Shown here: positions 43,427 through 52,412 of the stretch, one piece after another
Numbering within the stretch: position 1 is the first letter of the stretch
Layout: each line of letters starts with the position of its first letter
Source of the DNA: Clostridiales bacterium
GTDB taxonomy: Bacteria; Bacillota; Clostridia; Christensenellales; Borkfalkiaceae
Length of the DNA stretch: 64,000 bases
Assembly (NCBI GenBank): GCA_015069565.1
Contig: SVIJ01000001.1
Location: 8,056 to 72,055 of the forward strand
Reading direction: 5' to 3'
Made by a program: the position numbers and the translations under genes
Notes under the pieces: model-generated
Told to the model about the DNA's origin: nothing
Database searches by the model: none
What the model saw: the letters and a program-made list of their open reading frames with translations, nothing else

Positions 43427-44725
43427 TTGAGTATTTTATTAGCAATCGACTTAGCGACAATCGGAAGAACGCTCGGCGGAATCGCGCTTGCCATTTTGAT
43501 CCTGCTTGCGATGGTGAGCATTCACGAGTTCGGGCATTACGTCGCAGGTAAAATCTTGGGGTTCAAAATCACGGAATTTTCCATCGGGTTTGGGCCTGCC
43601 ATTTTCAAAAAACGGAGCAAACAAACGGGTGAGCTGTTTGCCGTGCGTATCGTTCCCTTGGGGGGCTATTGCGCCTTTGACGGGGAAGAATACGACGAAG
43701 AAGACGCTCGCGCGGAAGCGCAAAGGACGGCGGAAGAAGGCGAAGGAAACGGGCAGGCAGACGAGCCGTTCGGGGACTTTTCCGCAGTGGAAGAAGGACA
43801 AAAAGAGCCTACCGTGTCCGAGTTGAGTGATGTCAAGGGTGAAAAGCCGCGCAAAAAGGACGAAGCGGAGTATCCCGAGCCGAAGGGGGTACGCTTTAAC
43901 GAGCAAGCCCCGTGGAAGCGGATTATCGTGCTTGTGGCAGGGGCTCTGATGAACTATCTCTTGGCGATTGTGCTGCTCCTGATTATGTGTTTTTCGTACG
44001 GCGTGCCGATGTGTATTGCCATTCCCGTCGATTATAACGGGGGAATGCTTTCCCCTGTCGAATGGGAAGTACAGGAGCTTTCGGCGGCGGACATTATCCT
44101 GTCGATTGACGGGGATAAAATCGGGATGTATACCGACTGTATGGACGCGCTCAAAGGCAAGGCGGCAGGCGAAACGGTTTCGGTGGAAATCAAACGCTTG
44201 ACGCAGGACGGCTGGAAGGATAAGTCTGTCACGCTCACGCTCAAAGCGGACGGCGCGTTTGAAAACTCTGCGGACGTGGAAGCATTGCAAGCGGCGATGG
44301 GGTTCCAAATCGGAACGCAGTCGGTAAAGACCACCTTTTGGCGGACGGTGGGCGGCGCGTTTACCTATTCGGGCGAGATGGCAACGTCCGTGTTGAAGAC
44401 GCTGGGCGAGCTGATTACAGGCGCGTTTGGGGATAAGACCGCCGACGTTGTGGGCGGACCTGTTTCCACCATCGGGCAAACGGCGCAAATCGCGATTGCA
44501 AGCCCCTTTTCCTTTCTGTATATGGCGTCCTTTATCGGTGTGAACTTGGCGGTTTTCAATCTCTTGCCCGTGCCTGCGCTCGATGGGTGTAAGGTGATTT
44601 TTTGCATCATCGAATGGATTCGCAAAAAGCCCGTCAATCGCAAGATTGAAGCGGCAATCAATTTTGCAGGGATTGTGTTCCTGTTCGGGTTTGCTATCTT
44701 GATTGATTTACTGAAACTGTTTTAG
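43427..44725 (+). CDS. rseP: Site-2 (M50) RIP metalloprotease RseP/RasP-like with an acidic insertion
   Basis: TTG start 1 nt after the dxr stop. HEFGHY zinc motif, PDZ-like middle, C-terminal NLLPVPALDG. Confidence 0.85.
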   Translation: MSILLAIDLATIGRTLGGIALAILILLAMVSIHEFGHYVAGKILGFKITEFSIGFGPAIFKKRSKQTGELFAVRIVPLGGYCAFDGEEYDEEDARAEAQRTAEEGEGNGQADEPFGDFSAVEEGQKEPTVSELSDVKGEKPRKKDEAEYPEPKGVRFNEQAPWKRIIVLVAGALMNYLLAIVLLLIMCFSYGVPMCIAIPVDYNGGMLSPVEWEVQELSAADIILSIDGDKIGMYTDCMDALKGKAAGETVSVEIKRLTQDGWKDKSVTLTLKADGAFENSADVEALQAAMGFQIGTQSVKTTFWRTVGGAFTYSGEMATSVLKTLGELITGAFGDKTADVVGGPVSTIGQTAQIAIASPFSFLYMASFIGVNLAVFNLLPVPALDGCKVIFCIIEWIRKKPVNRKIEAAINFAGIVFLFGFAILIDLLKLF

Positions 44726-44745
44726 AAAGGACGGATTATAGGTAA

Positions 44746-44904
44746 GTGAATTGATTTGCTTTGCAAATCGTGAATTGCCCTTGCGGGCGTGAATTGCATT
44801 CCACAAATGCGTGAATTGACGGCGGAAACGCCGTCGTTGCGGAAAAAATGAAAATCGTTCCATAACGTAAGGCTTTGCTTTGCAATTCACGAAACGGCAT
44901 TCAC
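44746..44904. repeat. Hairpin-array element, copy D (right arm truncated)
   Basis: 4 x (GTGAATT + hairpin), central GTTGCGG...CCATAAC, then only GTAAGGC-TTT-GCTTTGC + AATTCAC and a partial unit. Confidence 0.8.
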
Positions 44905-44943
44905 TAAAAAAATAATTTTTTCTTTGCTGTCAAGTAAAAATGC

Positions 44944-44972
44944 TTGACAGCTTGTTTTATATCGTGTATAAT
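44944..44972 (+). promoter_or_regulatory. Consensus promoter of ylxM-ffh-rpsP
   Basis: TTGACA, 17-nt spacer, TATAAT. The -35 lies in the inverted repeat GCTGTCAAG...CTTGACAGC. Confidence 0.65.
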
Positions 44973-45003
44973 AGCAAAGGATTGAAAGCAAGGGGGCGCG
45001 AAA

Positions 45004-45429
45004 ATGAAAGACGATTTGCATTTTATGCGGCTGTGGGATTTGTATTCCCCCCTGCTGACGGCAACCCAACGGGAAATCGCCGATTTGTATTTCAATTACG
45101 ATCTTTCGCTTGGCGAGATTGCCGAGCAAAAAGGGGTGTCCCGTCAAAGCGTTTCCGATTGCTTGCAAAAGTGCAGAAAACAGCTTGAAAAATACGACGA
45201 AAAACTGCAATTCGATAGAGCGCTTACCGAGCTTTCGGGCGAATATTCGGCATATATGACGACGGTGGCGCGTTGGATGGAAGAACAGCGAAAGAAGAAT
45301 CCGCAGCTTGCGGTGGAGCTGGACAATTTAGAGACAGCGCTCAAAAGAGCGCAGGCGGAATACGGCTCGGAGAGCGTCGCCGTAGACGGCGGCCTGATCG
45401 TGGGAAGCGTTTTCCGCGACGAAGATTAA
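45004..45429 (+). CDS. ylxM: YlxM/UPF0122 HTH protein (SRP-associated)
   Basis: LYSPLLTATQREIADLYFNYDLSLGEIAEQKGVSRQSVSD. Lies immediately upstream of ffh. Confidence 0.8.
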   Translation: MKDDLHFMRLWDLYSPLLTATQREIADLYFNYDLSLGEIAEQKGVSRQSVSDCLQKCRKQLEKYDEKLQFDRALTELSGEYSAYMTTVARWMEEQRKKNPQLAVELDNLETALKRAQAEYGSESVAVDGGLIVGSVFRDED

Positions 45430-45444
45430 AAAACGGAGTAAACT

Positions 45445-46764
45445 ATGGCTTTATTCGGCGGTTTGTCTGAAAGATTAAACCATATATTTTCAAAACTGAC
45501 CAAGCGTGGGAAGCTGACTGAGCTGGAAATCCGCACGGCGATGCGCGAAGTGCGCGTGGCGCTTTTGGAAGCGGACGTCAACTTGAAGGTGGCAAAGCAG
45601 TTCATTGCGGACGTTTCGGAAAAGGCGGTCGGGCAAGAGATCTTGCAATCGTTGAACCCTGCGCAACAGGTAATCAAGATTGTCAACGAAGAGCTGGTCA
45701 ATTTGATGGGCTCGAAGAACGCGAAGCTGGAAGTTTCTTCCAAGCTCCCCACCGTGATTATGATGTGCGGGTTGCAGGGCGCTGGTAAAACGACCCTTTG
45801 CGGCAAGCTTGCGATGCTGCTCAAAAAGCAGGGCAAACGCCCCTTGCTCGTGGCAGGGGATATTTACCGCCCTGCGGCGATCACGCAGCTGCAAGTGGTG
45901 GGCAAGAACGCGCAAACGGAAGTCTTTGAAAAGGGAACGCAAAGCCCTGTAAAGACGGCAAAGCAGGCGATCGAATACGCTCGTTCGCAGGGCTACGATA
46001 CAGTGATTTTGGATACGGCGGGTCGGTTGCAAATCGACGAAACGCTGATGCAGGAGCTGGAAAACGTCAAGAAGGAAGTGGAAGTGACGGAAACGCTGCT
46101 TGTCGTTGACGCGATGACGGGTCAGGAAGCGGTGAACGTCGCGCAGACCTTCAACGAGCGTTTGGAAATCACGGGCGTGATTTTGACCAAGCTCGACGGC
46201 GATACGCGCGGCGGCGCATGCCTTTCCATAAAAGCTGTGACGGGCAAGCCGATCAAGTTTATCGGCGTAGGGGAAAAGCTCGGGGATCTCGAGCCCTTCT
46301 ATCCCGATCGTATGGCGTCGAGAATTTTGGGTATGGGCGACGTGCTTTCGCTCATCGAAAAGGCGCAGCAGGCGATCACCGAAGAAGACGCTAAGAAAAT
46401 GCAACAAAAGATGAAGGAAAACTCCTTCACCTTGAACGATTACCTGGAACAGTTTGCGATGATGAAGAAGATGGGCGGCGCGCAAGCAATGCTCTCGATG
46501 CTCCCTGGCGCAGGGAAGCTGAAAGTGAACGAAGGGGACATCGACGAAAAGAAGATCGAGCACACCAAGGCGATCATCCTTTCCATGACGATGGCGGAGC
46601 GTGAAAATCCGTCGATCATCGACAGCAAGAGAAAACGCCGTATTGCGGCAGGCTCTGGCAGAACGGTGCAGGAAGTCAATCAGCTTTTGAAGCAGTATGA
46701 ACAGACGAAGCTGCTGATGAAGCATTTGAAGGGCAATAAAGGAAAAATGAGATTTCCTTTTTGA
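45445..46764 (+). CDS. ffh: Signal recognition particle protein Ffh
   Basis: GLQGAGKTT; DTAGR; Met-rich M domain. Confidence 0.95.
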   Translation: MALFGGLSERLNHIFSKLTKRGKLTELEIRTAMREVRVALLEADVNLKVAKQFIADVSEKAVGQEILQSLNPAQQVIKIVNEELVNLMGSKNAKLEVSSKLPTVIMMCGLQGAGKTTLCGKLAMLLKKQGKRPLLVAGDIYRPAAITQLQVVGKNAQTEVFEKGTQSPVKTAKQAIEYARSQGYDTVILDTAGRLQIDETLMQELENVKKEVEVTETLLVVDAMTGQEAVNVAQTFNERLEITGVILTKLDGDTRGGACLSIKAVTGKPIKFIGVGEKLGDLEPFYPDRMASRILGMGDVLSLIEKAQQAITEEDAKKMQQKMKENSFTLNDYLEQFAMMKKMGGAQAMLSMLPGAGKLKVNEGDIDEKKIEHTKAIILSMTMAERENPSIIDSKRKRRIAAGSGRTVQEVNQLLKQYEQTKLLMKHLKGNKGKMRFPF

Positions 46765-46805
46765 TAAATAAAAAAATATTTTAACATACTTTGGAGGTAT
46801 TTATT

Positions 46806-47099
46806 ATGGTAAAAATGAGACTTTTCAGAATGGGCGACAAGAAGAACCCTATCTACCGTGTTGTAGTTGCAGACAGCAGAAAGGCTGCTACTGGCGAATA
46901 CATCGAATGTATCGGTCACTACAACCCTAGTACGACCCCTGCGCAGGTGACGATCGACGTTGAAAGCGCAAAGGCTTGGATCGCAAAGGGCGCACAGCCT
47001 ACCGAAACGGTTAGATCCCTTCTTATCAGCGCAGGCGCTATGGAAAAGCCTGCTAAGCTTAGCCCTTCCAAGACGAAAGGCAAAAAGTCCGACAAGTAA
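46806..47099 (+). CDS. rpsP: 30S ribosomal protein S16
   Basis: MVKMRLFRMGDKKNPIYRVVVADSR. RBS GGAGG upstream. Confidence 0.9.
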   Translation: MVKMRLFRMGDKKNPIYRVVVADSRKAATGEYIECIGHYNPSTTPAQVTIDVESAKAWIAKGAQPTETVRSLLISAGAMEKPAKLSPSKTKGKKSDK

Positions 47100-47146
47100 T
47101 GTTTTTTGATGCCGACAAGCGGAATCGAAAAGCAGGAGTTTAGTAT

Positions 47147-47422
47147 ATGTTGGATTTGATTAAGTATATCGTCAATCAATTTGCGGAAGACAAGGAAAAC
47201 GTGGAATACACGGTGACTGAAAAGGAACGCGTGATCGAAGTAGTGATCACCCTTCCTTCTTCCGATATGGGCAAGGTGATCGGCAAGCAGGGTAAGATTG
47301 CAAAGGCGATGCGTACCATCGTCCGCGCGGCTACCCCCAGAAACAGCAAGAGATACGTAGTGGAAATCCGCGAAAAAGGCGGCGAAGCTGTGGATCTTGG
47401 CGATGAATCGGAAGCCGAGTAA
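47147..47422 (+). CDS. KH-domain RNA-binding protein (YlqC-like)
   Basis: DMGKVIGKQGKIAKAMRTIVRA. Conserved position between rpsP and rimM. Confidence 0.85.
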   Translation: MLDLIKYIVNQFAEDKENVEYTVTEKERVIEVVITLPSSDMGKVIGKQGKIAKAMRTIVRAATPRNSKRYVVEIREKGGEAVDLGDESEAE

Positions 47423-47503
47423 TTTAGGAGCAAATGCGTAAAGGGCTTTCCGTTTTTTGGAAAGCCTTTTTGCGTAGAAAATGCAAAAAAGCAGGTGGCA
47501 GGT

Positions 47504-48004
47504 ATGGAACGACTGATAATCGGCGAAGTGTTAAAGCCCCAAGGAATTCGTGGGGAACTCAAAATTAAAACCTTTACGGATAGTCCCGAAGACGTCAAGG
47601 CGTTCGGGACGGTGTACATTGACGGCGTGGCGTATAAAATCCTTTCTTTTAGAGTGGACGGAAGCGGCGCGGCGTACGTTGGCTTGCGCGGAATTCCCGA
47701 TCGGAACGCGGCGGAGCTTTTCCGTGGCAAAAAGCTGGAAGGGGATCGCGAAGACGCGCCTGAACTCGAAGAAGGTCAGTATTATATCGTGGATATGATC
47801 GGGCTTTCCTGTGAGACGGAAGAAGGGGAGTTTTTAGGCACCCTTTGCGACGTGCAAATTCTCTCTTCGGATATATACACGCTCGAAAAAGACGGGAAGA
47901 AGATTTTATTCCCCGTCGTTGGTGGCGTTGTTGTAGACGTGGATATGGCAAACAGAAAGCTCGTTGTCAACAAGAAAAAGTTTGACGAAATCGCAGTATA
48001 TTAA
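47504..48004 (+). CDS. rimM: 16S rRNA processing protein RimM
   Basis: IGEVLKPQGIRGELKIKTFTDSPE; PRC-barrel C-terminus. Confidence 0.85.
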   Translation: MERLIIGEVLKPQGIRGELKIKTFTDSPEDVKAFGTVYIDGVAYKILSFRVDGSGAAYVGLRGIPDRNAAELFRGKKLEGDREDAPELEEGQYYIVDMIGLSCETEEGEFLGTLCDVQILSSDIYTLEKDGKKILFPVVGGVVVDVDMANRKLVVNKKKFDEIAVY

Positions 48005-48012
48005 GGGATAAA

Positions 48013-49257
48013 ATGAACGAGAAAAAGGAAAAAAAGTTGCTAAAACAAGGGGAACTTCTTGTAATAGCAAAGGAATACGAAAAAGCAATGAAGCTCTTTC
48101 GTCGCGTAGCGAAAACGGGTAGTTTAGCCGCGCAGTGCTGGATTGCCAGAGTGTATATGGAACTTGGCGATTACGAGCGCGGTTGGTATCTTTTTCAAGA
48201 CGCAAAGGAAAAGGGCTGTTTGGACGGTGACTGGGGGATTGCTACCTGCTATTATAAAGGCTGGTATGCCGCAAAGGACGAAGCGAAGGCGGCACGCCTT
48301 TGGGCGGATACGGCAGAAAAAGGGCATGCGAGATCGCAAAGTAGCTTGGCGGTTTGTTATAATTGCGGATACGGCGTGGAAAAGAACGTGGATCTTGCGT
48401 TTGCGTGGTGTATGAAGGCGGCAAAGCAGGGGTATATGGGAGCGCAATGCAATTTGGCGAGTATCTATTATAACGGAGTCGTCGGAGAAAAAAATTACGC
48501 GGAAGCGGTGAAATGGCTGACGCTTTCTGCCGAGCAAGGTTATCCCAAGGCGCAATACCATTTGGCTGTTTGCTACGAACACGGCAAAGGCGTTGCCGTA
48601 AATATGAAAGAAGCGATTAAGCTCTATCTAAAATCTGCAAAGCAGGGGTACGTAAAGGCGCAGTACGCTTTGGGGACTTGTTATAGTCAGGGAATAGGCG
48701 TTGCTAAAAATTTCAAAAAGGCGGCGCAGTGGTATCACTTGGCGGCAGAGCAGGGCCACGCGCAGGCGCAATTCCACTTAGGCGTTTGCTATGCCGAAGG
48801 AAGGGGCGTTCCGCTGGATTTTCAGCAGGCGTTTGTCTGGTTTGAAAAATCGGCTGTGCAGGGTGTTGCATCGGCGCAATTCAACGCGGCGCTTTTGTGC
48901 TCGGAGGGGCATGGCACTCGAAAGGATTTGGTGCAGGCGGCAAAGTGGTACTTGAAGGCGGCGGAGCAGGGGCACGCGGAAGCGCAAAACAATTTGGGCG
49001 CTTGCTATCTTGACGGCGAAGGCGTTCCCTATAATGCCCGAGAAGCTGTAAAATGGTATGAAAAAGCGGCGTTGCAGGGGTATGCAAGGGCGCAATATAA
49101 CTTGGCGAAATGCTACGAAAAAGGGCAAGGCGTACCGCAAAGCTACGTCAATGCGATGAAGTGGTACAGCTTGGCGTCTGGGCAAAATTATGCGGATGCG
49201 GCAAAGCGTTATGAAGAGATGAAGCTGCTTGCCCCCAAAGAGCTTTTCCGATGGTAA
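48013..49257 (+). CDS. Sel1-like repeat (SLR/TPR-like) protein
   Basis: About 10 consecutive ~36-aa units of type A..W..KAA.QG...AQ..LG.CY..G.GV. Starts 8 nt after rimM, where trmD usually lies. Confidence 0.85.
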   Translation: MNEKKEKKLLKQGELLVIAKEYEKAMKLFRRVAKTGSLAAQCWIARVYMELGDYERGWYLFQDAKEKGCLDGDWGIATCYYKGWYAAKDEAKAARLWADTAEKGHARSQSSLAVCYNCGYGVEKNVDLAFAWCMKAAKQGYMGAQCNLASIYYNGVVGEKNYAEAVKWLTLSAEQGYPKAQYHLAVCYEHGKGVAVNMKEAIKLYLKSAKQGYVKAQYALGTCYSQGIGVAKNFKKAAQWYHLAAEQGHAQAQFHLGVCYAEGRGVPLDFQQAFVWFEKSAVQGVASAQFNAALLCSEGHGTRKDLVQAAKWYLKAAEQGHAEAQNNLGACYLDGEGVPYNAREAVKWYEKAALQGYARAQYNLAKCYEKGQGVPQSYVNAMKWYSLASGQNYADAAKRYEEMKLLAPKELFRW

Positions 49258-49316
49258 AACAGAAAATAAAAACGCCCGTTCGCGGCGCGGACGAGCGTTT
49301 TCTATTCAAAAAAAGT

Positions 49317-50033
49317 TTAGTTGTTTTCCTTGGTTTTGGGGTTCATGATTTTGATGAGCTGGTCGAACGCGCCCGATTTGCAAAGGGCGATCATTACCCC
49401 CGTCGCAATCAACGCGTCCGCAGGGATGTAGGTGCATTGATAGATGAACGAGTAAACGAACGAATTTGCGGTTGCCCAAGCAGGGAAGCCCGAGCTTGCG
49501 CCGAAGGTGTCAAAGAAAATCATGCCCGATAAAAGATGGGAAACAAAGCGAATGGAGAACACGCAAACCGCGCCCAAAACGATGGGTAAAATCCCGCGTT
49601 CCTTGCGGCGCATTTTTCCGAAAAAGCCCATCACGCCGACGCTCATAAATGCGAGCAAATAATCAAAAACGAAGGTAGCAGGTGTGAGAATATACGGATC
49701 TTCGATGAAATTGAGAAGCCCGTGCACCAGCCCTACGACGAAGCCCTTCGTCGGCCCGAAAACGTAGGCGTAGATCATGATCGGCACGAAGGATGCAAGC
49801 GTGACCGAACCGCCCGTTTGCACAAAAATAGGCGCTTTCAAAACGGCGAGCGTGAACGACATCGCAACGCAAATGCCTGCAAACGCCACTTCCTTGGCGC
49901 TGGAACGGGTTTTGCCGAACCTGCCGATGAGCGCGATGAGCGCAAGCAGGACGATAACGCCGCCGACGGAGATCCATTTTACAAGCTCGGTGGTTTCTTC
50001 GCTGACGGAAAGTAATGTGGAAAAAAGAAACAT
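49317..50033 (-). CDS. thiT: ECF-transporter S component, ThiT-like (thiamine)
   Basis: RBS GGAGAAGGAG. Six TMs. QTGGSVTLASFVPIM and FVSHLLSGMIFF resemble ThiT. A TPP-riboswitch-like leader lies upstream. Confidence 0.65.
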   Translation of the reverse strand: MFLFSTLLSVSEETTELVKWISVGGVIVLLALIALIGRFGKTRSSAKEVAFAGICVAMSFTLAVLKAPIFVQTGGSVTLASFVPIMIYAYVFGPTKGFVVGLVHGLLNFIEDPYILTPATFVFDYLLAFMSVGVMGFFGKMRRKERGILPIVLGAVCVFSIRFVSHLLSGMIFFDTFGASSGFPAWATANSFVYSFIYQCTYIPADALIATGVMIALCKSGAFDQLIKIMNPKTKENN

Positions 50034-50068
50034 AAAACACTCCTTCTCCGTCGCAAGCATTTTTCCAA

Positions 50069-50102
50069 GAAAAAAACGCCACGCTTTTATTTGCGTGGGC
50101 GC
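50069..50102 (-). terminator. Riboswitch expression-platform terminator
   Basis: On the minus strand: GCGCCCACGC-AAATAAAA-GCGTGGCG followed by T7, just upstream of the thiT RBS. Confidence 0.6.
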
Positions 50103-50134
50103 TGCTCTATACGTAAAAATATAGAAAGATGCTA

Positions 50135-50208
50135 TCAGTCTTTCGCTCAAGTATTACCTTGCCGATTCAAATGGTATAATCTCAGCCTTTTTAGGGGCAC
50201 CCACGACG
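50135..50208 (-). ncRNA. TPP (THI-box) riboswitch-like aptamer
   Basis: The minus strand reads GGGTGCCCCTAAAAAGGCTGAGATTATACCATTTGAATCGGCAAGGTAATACTTGAGCGAAAGAC. It contains the CTGAGA box, ACC..TGAA, the GTAATAC loop and GCGAAAGA. Divergent at some consensus positions. Confidence 0.55.
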
Positions 50209-50230
50209 GAATATTTAATTTAGTGTGTTT

Positions 50231-50259
50231 ATTATAATACGGAATTTTCAATTTGTCAA
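50231..50259 (-). promoter_or_regulatory. Consensus promoter for the riboswitch-thiT unit
   Basis: On the minus strand: TTGACA, 17-nt spacer, TATAAT. Confidence 0.65.
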
Positions 50260-50289
50260 TACTATACAATAAAAAAGGAAGAAAAAATT

Positions 50290-50874
50290 ATGCGTTATGA
50301 TTTTTATGCGTATATGGATCGAATGAAGTACATTCGCCGTTGGCAGCTGATGCGCTCGGAACGGGATGAAAATATCATGGAGCATTCACAGAGCGTTGCA
50401 ATGCTCACCCATGCGCTGGGCGTGATTCGCAATGAAGTATTCGGCGGCTCGGTCAACGTGGAAAAGGCGGTGCTGTACGCGATGTATCACGAAATCAGCG
50501 AAGTGCTGACGGGGGATTTGCCCACGCCGATCAAGTACTACAACCGCAGTATCCAAAGCGCGTATAAGGATTTGGAGCGTTCGGCGGCGGAAAAGATGTC
50601 TGAGATGCTGCCTACGGAGATGAAGGGCGCGCTTACGCCGTACATTTTGGCGGACGAAGAGAGCGAAGAATACAAGCTCGTGAAGGCGGCAGACCGTCTG
50701 AGCGCGTATATCAAGTGCTTGGAAGAGCTCCGCAGCGGCAACGGCGAGTTTGAAAAGGCGAAAAAGAGCATTGAAGACGATTTACATTCTCGGGGGATTC
50801 CCGAAGTGGAATACTTCTTCGAGCATTTTATCCCGTCCTTTGAGCTCACTTTGGACGAATTAGAAGGATTATAA
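50290..50874 (+). CDS. HD-domain 5'-deoxynucleotidase (YfbR-like)
   Basis: RWQLMRSERDENIMEHSQSVAMLTHAL; YHEISEVLTGDLPTP; KAADRLSAYIKCLEE. Confidence 0.8.
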   Translation: MRYDFYAYMDRMKYIRRWQLMRSERDENIMEHSQSVAMLTHALGVIRNEVFGGSVNVEKAVLYAMYHEISEVLTGDLPTPIKYYNRSIQSAYKDLERSAAEKMSEMLPTEMKGALTPYILADEESEEYKLVKAADRLSAYIKCLEELRSGNGEFEKAKKSIEDDLHSRGIPEVEYFFEHFIPSFELTLDELEGL

Positions 50875-50944
50875 TCACAAAGCTATCACATATTGCGTGT
50901 ATAATAAAGTATATTCTAAATAAGGATAGGGCGATAATCGGTCT

Positions 50945-52309
50945 ATGAAAAAGAAAATTTTGACAACCCTTTTGGCTAGCGTGCTGGCGTTTTCGGCGTT
51001 CGGGCTTGCGGGCTGTGCGGATTCGGCGTACGACATCGCGGTTAAAAACGGATTTACGGGAACGGAGCAGGAATGGCTGCAAAGCTTGCAGGGAGCGGAC
51101 GGACAGGACGCACCCAAGCTCACCGTGCACGACGTCTACGAAGAAGCGGTGGCAAGCGGCGAGTTTAGCGGCTCGTTCTCTGAATTTTTGGAAAGCTATT
51201 TGGCTTTGAGCGTACCTGAAAACAACAACGTCGAGATTTTGGCGAAGAACGTACTCTCGACGGTGAGTATCTATACGGGCTTTGAAACAACGGAAACGGG
51301 ACTTTTGGGGCAGGTGGTGAGCAAGGAAGTGTATTGTACGGCAGGTAGCGGCGTGATCGTCGACCTTGATCGCGAACACGGCAATGCCACCGTGATTACC
51401 AACTACCACGTTGTTTACGATAGCGGCGCAACGACGAAGGACGGCATTTCCGAAGACATTTGGCTGTACCTTTACGGTGCGGTGAATGCCTTTAATACCA
51501 AGACGGGCAAGGATGAAAACGGCGACGGGATCAAGGCTCGCTTTGTCGGCGGCTCGATGGATTACGATATTGCGGTGCTGGAAATTCAAGGCAGCAATAT
51601 CTTGAAGGAAAGCCTTGCTGAAGAAGCGACGTTTGGGGATTCAAACAGCGCGACGGTGGGGGAAAAGGTGTACGTGGTCGGCAATCCGCAAGGAATGGGG
51701 ATTGCCGTTTCCGAAGGGGTGCTGTCGGTGGATTCCGAATACATCGGCATGAAATCCTTGGACGGCGCAAACCGTACCGTTTCCTATCGCGTTATGCGTA
51801 CGGATGCGGCGGTCAACGGCGGCAACTCGGGCGGCCCGCTCTTCAATAGCCGTGGGGAGCTGATTGCCATCGTCAATGCCAAGAGTATTGCGGACGGCGT
51901 GGAAAACGTCGGGTATGCGCTGCCTGCGACGCAGGTGCTGGGGGTGATGGAGAACGTCAAAAACAACGGCGGCAGTATCAAGCGCGCGACGCTTGGGGTG
52001 ACGGTGATCATCGCGGATACCACCGTTTCTATGAAGACGGACGGTACGCTGTTGCTCACGGAGAAGATCGAGATTGCCGACATCACGAAGTTCAGCGCGG
52101 CGTATAACAAGTTGCAGACGGGGGATATCATGAAGTCGATGATCTATGGCGGCGTCACCTATCCCTTGACGCGTAGATTTTACGTCAACGATTTACTGCT
52201 CAAAGTGCAAAAAGGGGATACCGTGTCTTGGATCATTGAAAGAAACGGCAAGGAAATGAGCGTGGAAATCACCTTTGATAAGGACTTTATGTTCACTGCC
52301 GTTCAGTAA
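50945..52309 (+). CDS. Trypsin-like (S1) serine protease lipoprotein
   Basis: Lipobox FGLAGC-ADS. His ITNYHVV, Asp DYDIAVLEI, Ser GNSGGPLF. Confidence 0.8.
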   Translation: MKKKILTTLLASVLAFSAFGLAGCADSAYDIAVKNGFTGTEQEWLQSLQGADGQDAPKLTVHDVYEEAVASGEFSGSFSEFLESYLALSVPENNNVEILAKNVLSTVSIYTGFETTETGLLGQVVSKEVYCTAGSGVIVDLDREHGNATVITNYHVVYDSGATTKDGISEDIWLYLYGAVNAFNTKTGKDENGDGIKARFVGGSMDYDIAVLEIQGSNILKESLAEEATFGDSNSATVGEKVYVVGNPQGMGIAVSEGVLSVDSEYIGMKSLDGANRTVSYRVMRTDAAVNGGNSGGPLFNSRGELIAIVNAKSIADGVENVGYALPATQVLGVMENVKNNGGSIKRATLGVTVIIADTTVSMKTDGTLLLTEKIEIADITKFSAAYNKLQTGDIMKSMIYGGVTYPLTRRFYVNDLLLKVQKGDTVSWIIERNGKEMSVEITFDKDFMFTAVQ

Positions 52310-52321
52310 AAAAGAATAGCA

Positions 52322-52352
52322 AAGGCTTGCTCTTAGCAAGCCTTTTTTTCTT
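52322..52352 (+). terminator. Intrinsic terminator
   Basis: AGGCTTGCT-CTT-AGCAAGCCT followed by T7. Confidence 0.75.
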
Positions 52353-52412
52353 TCTACTATTGACAAAGCGGGGGAAGTGTGCTACAATAATTTGGATATA
52401 AGGAGAACGGCT

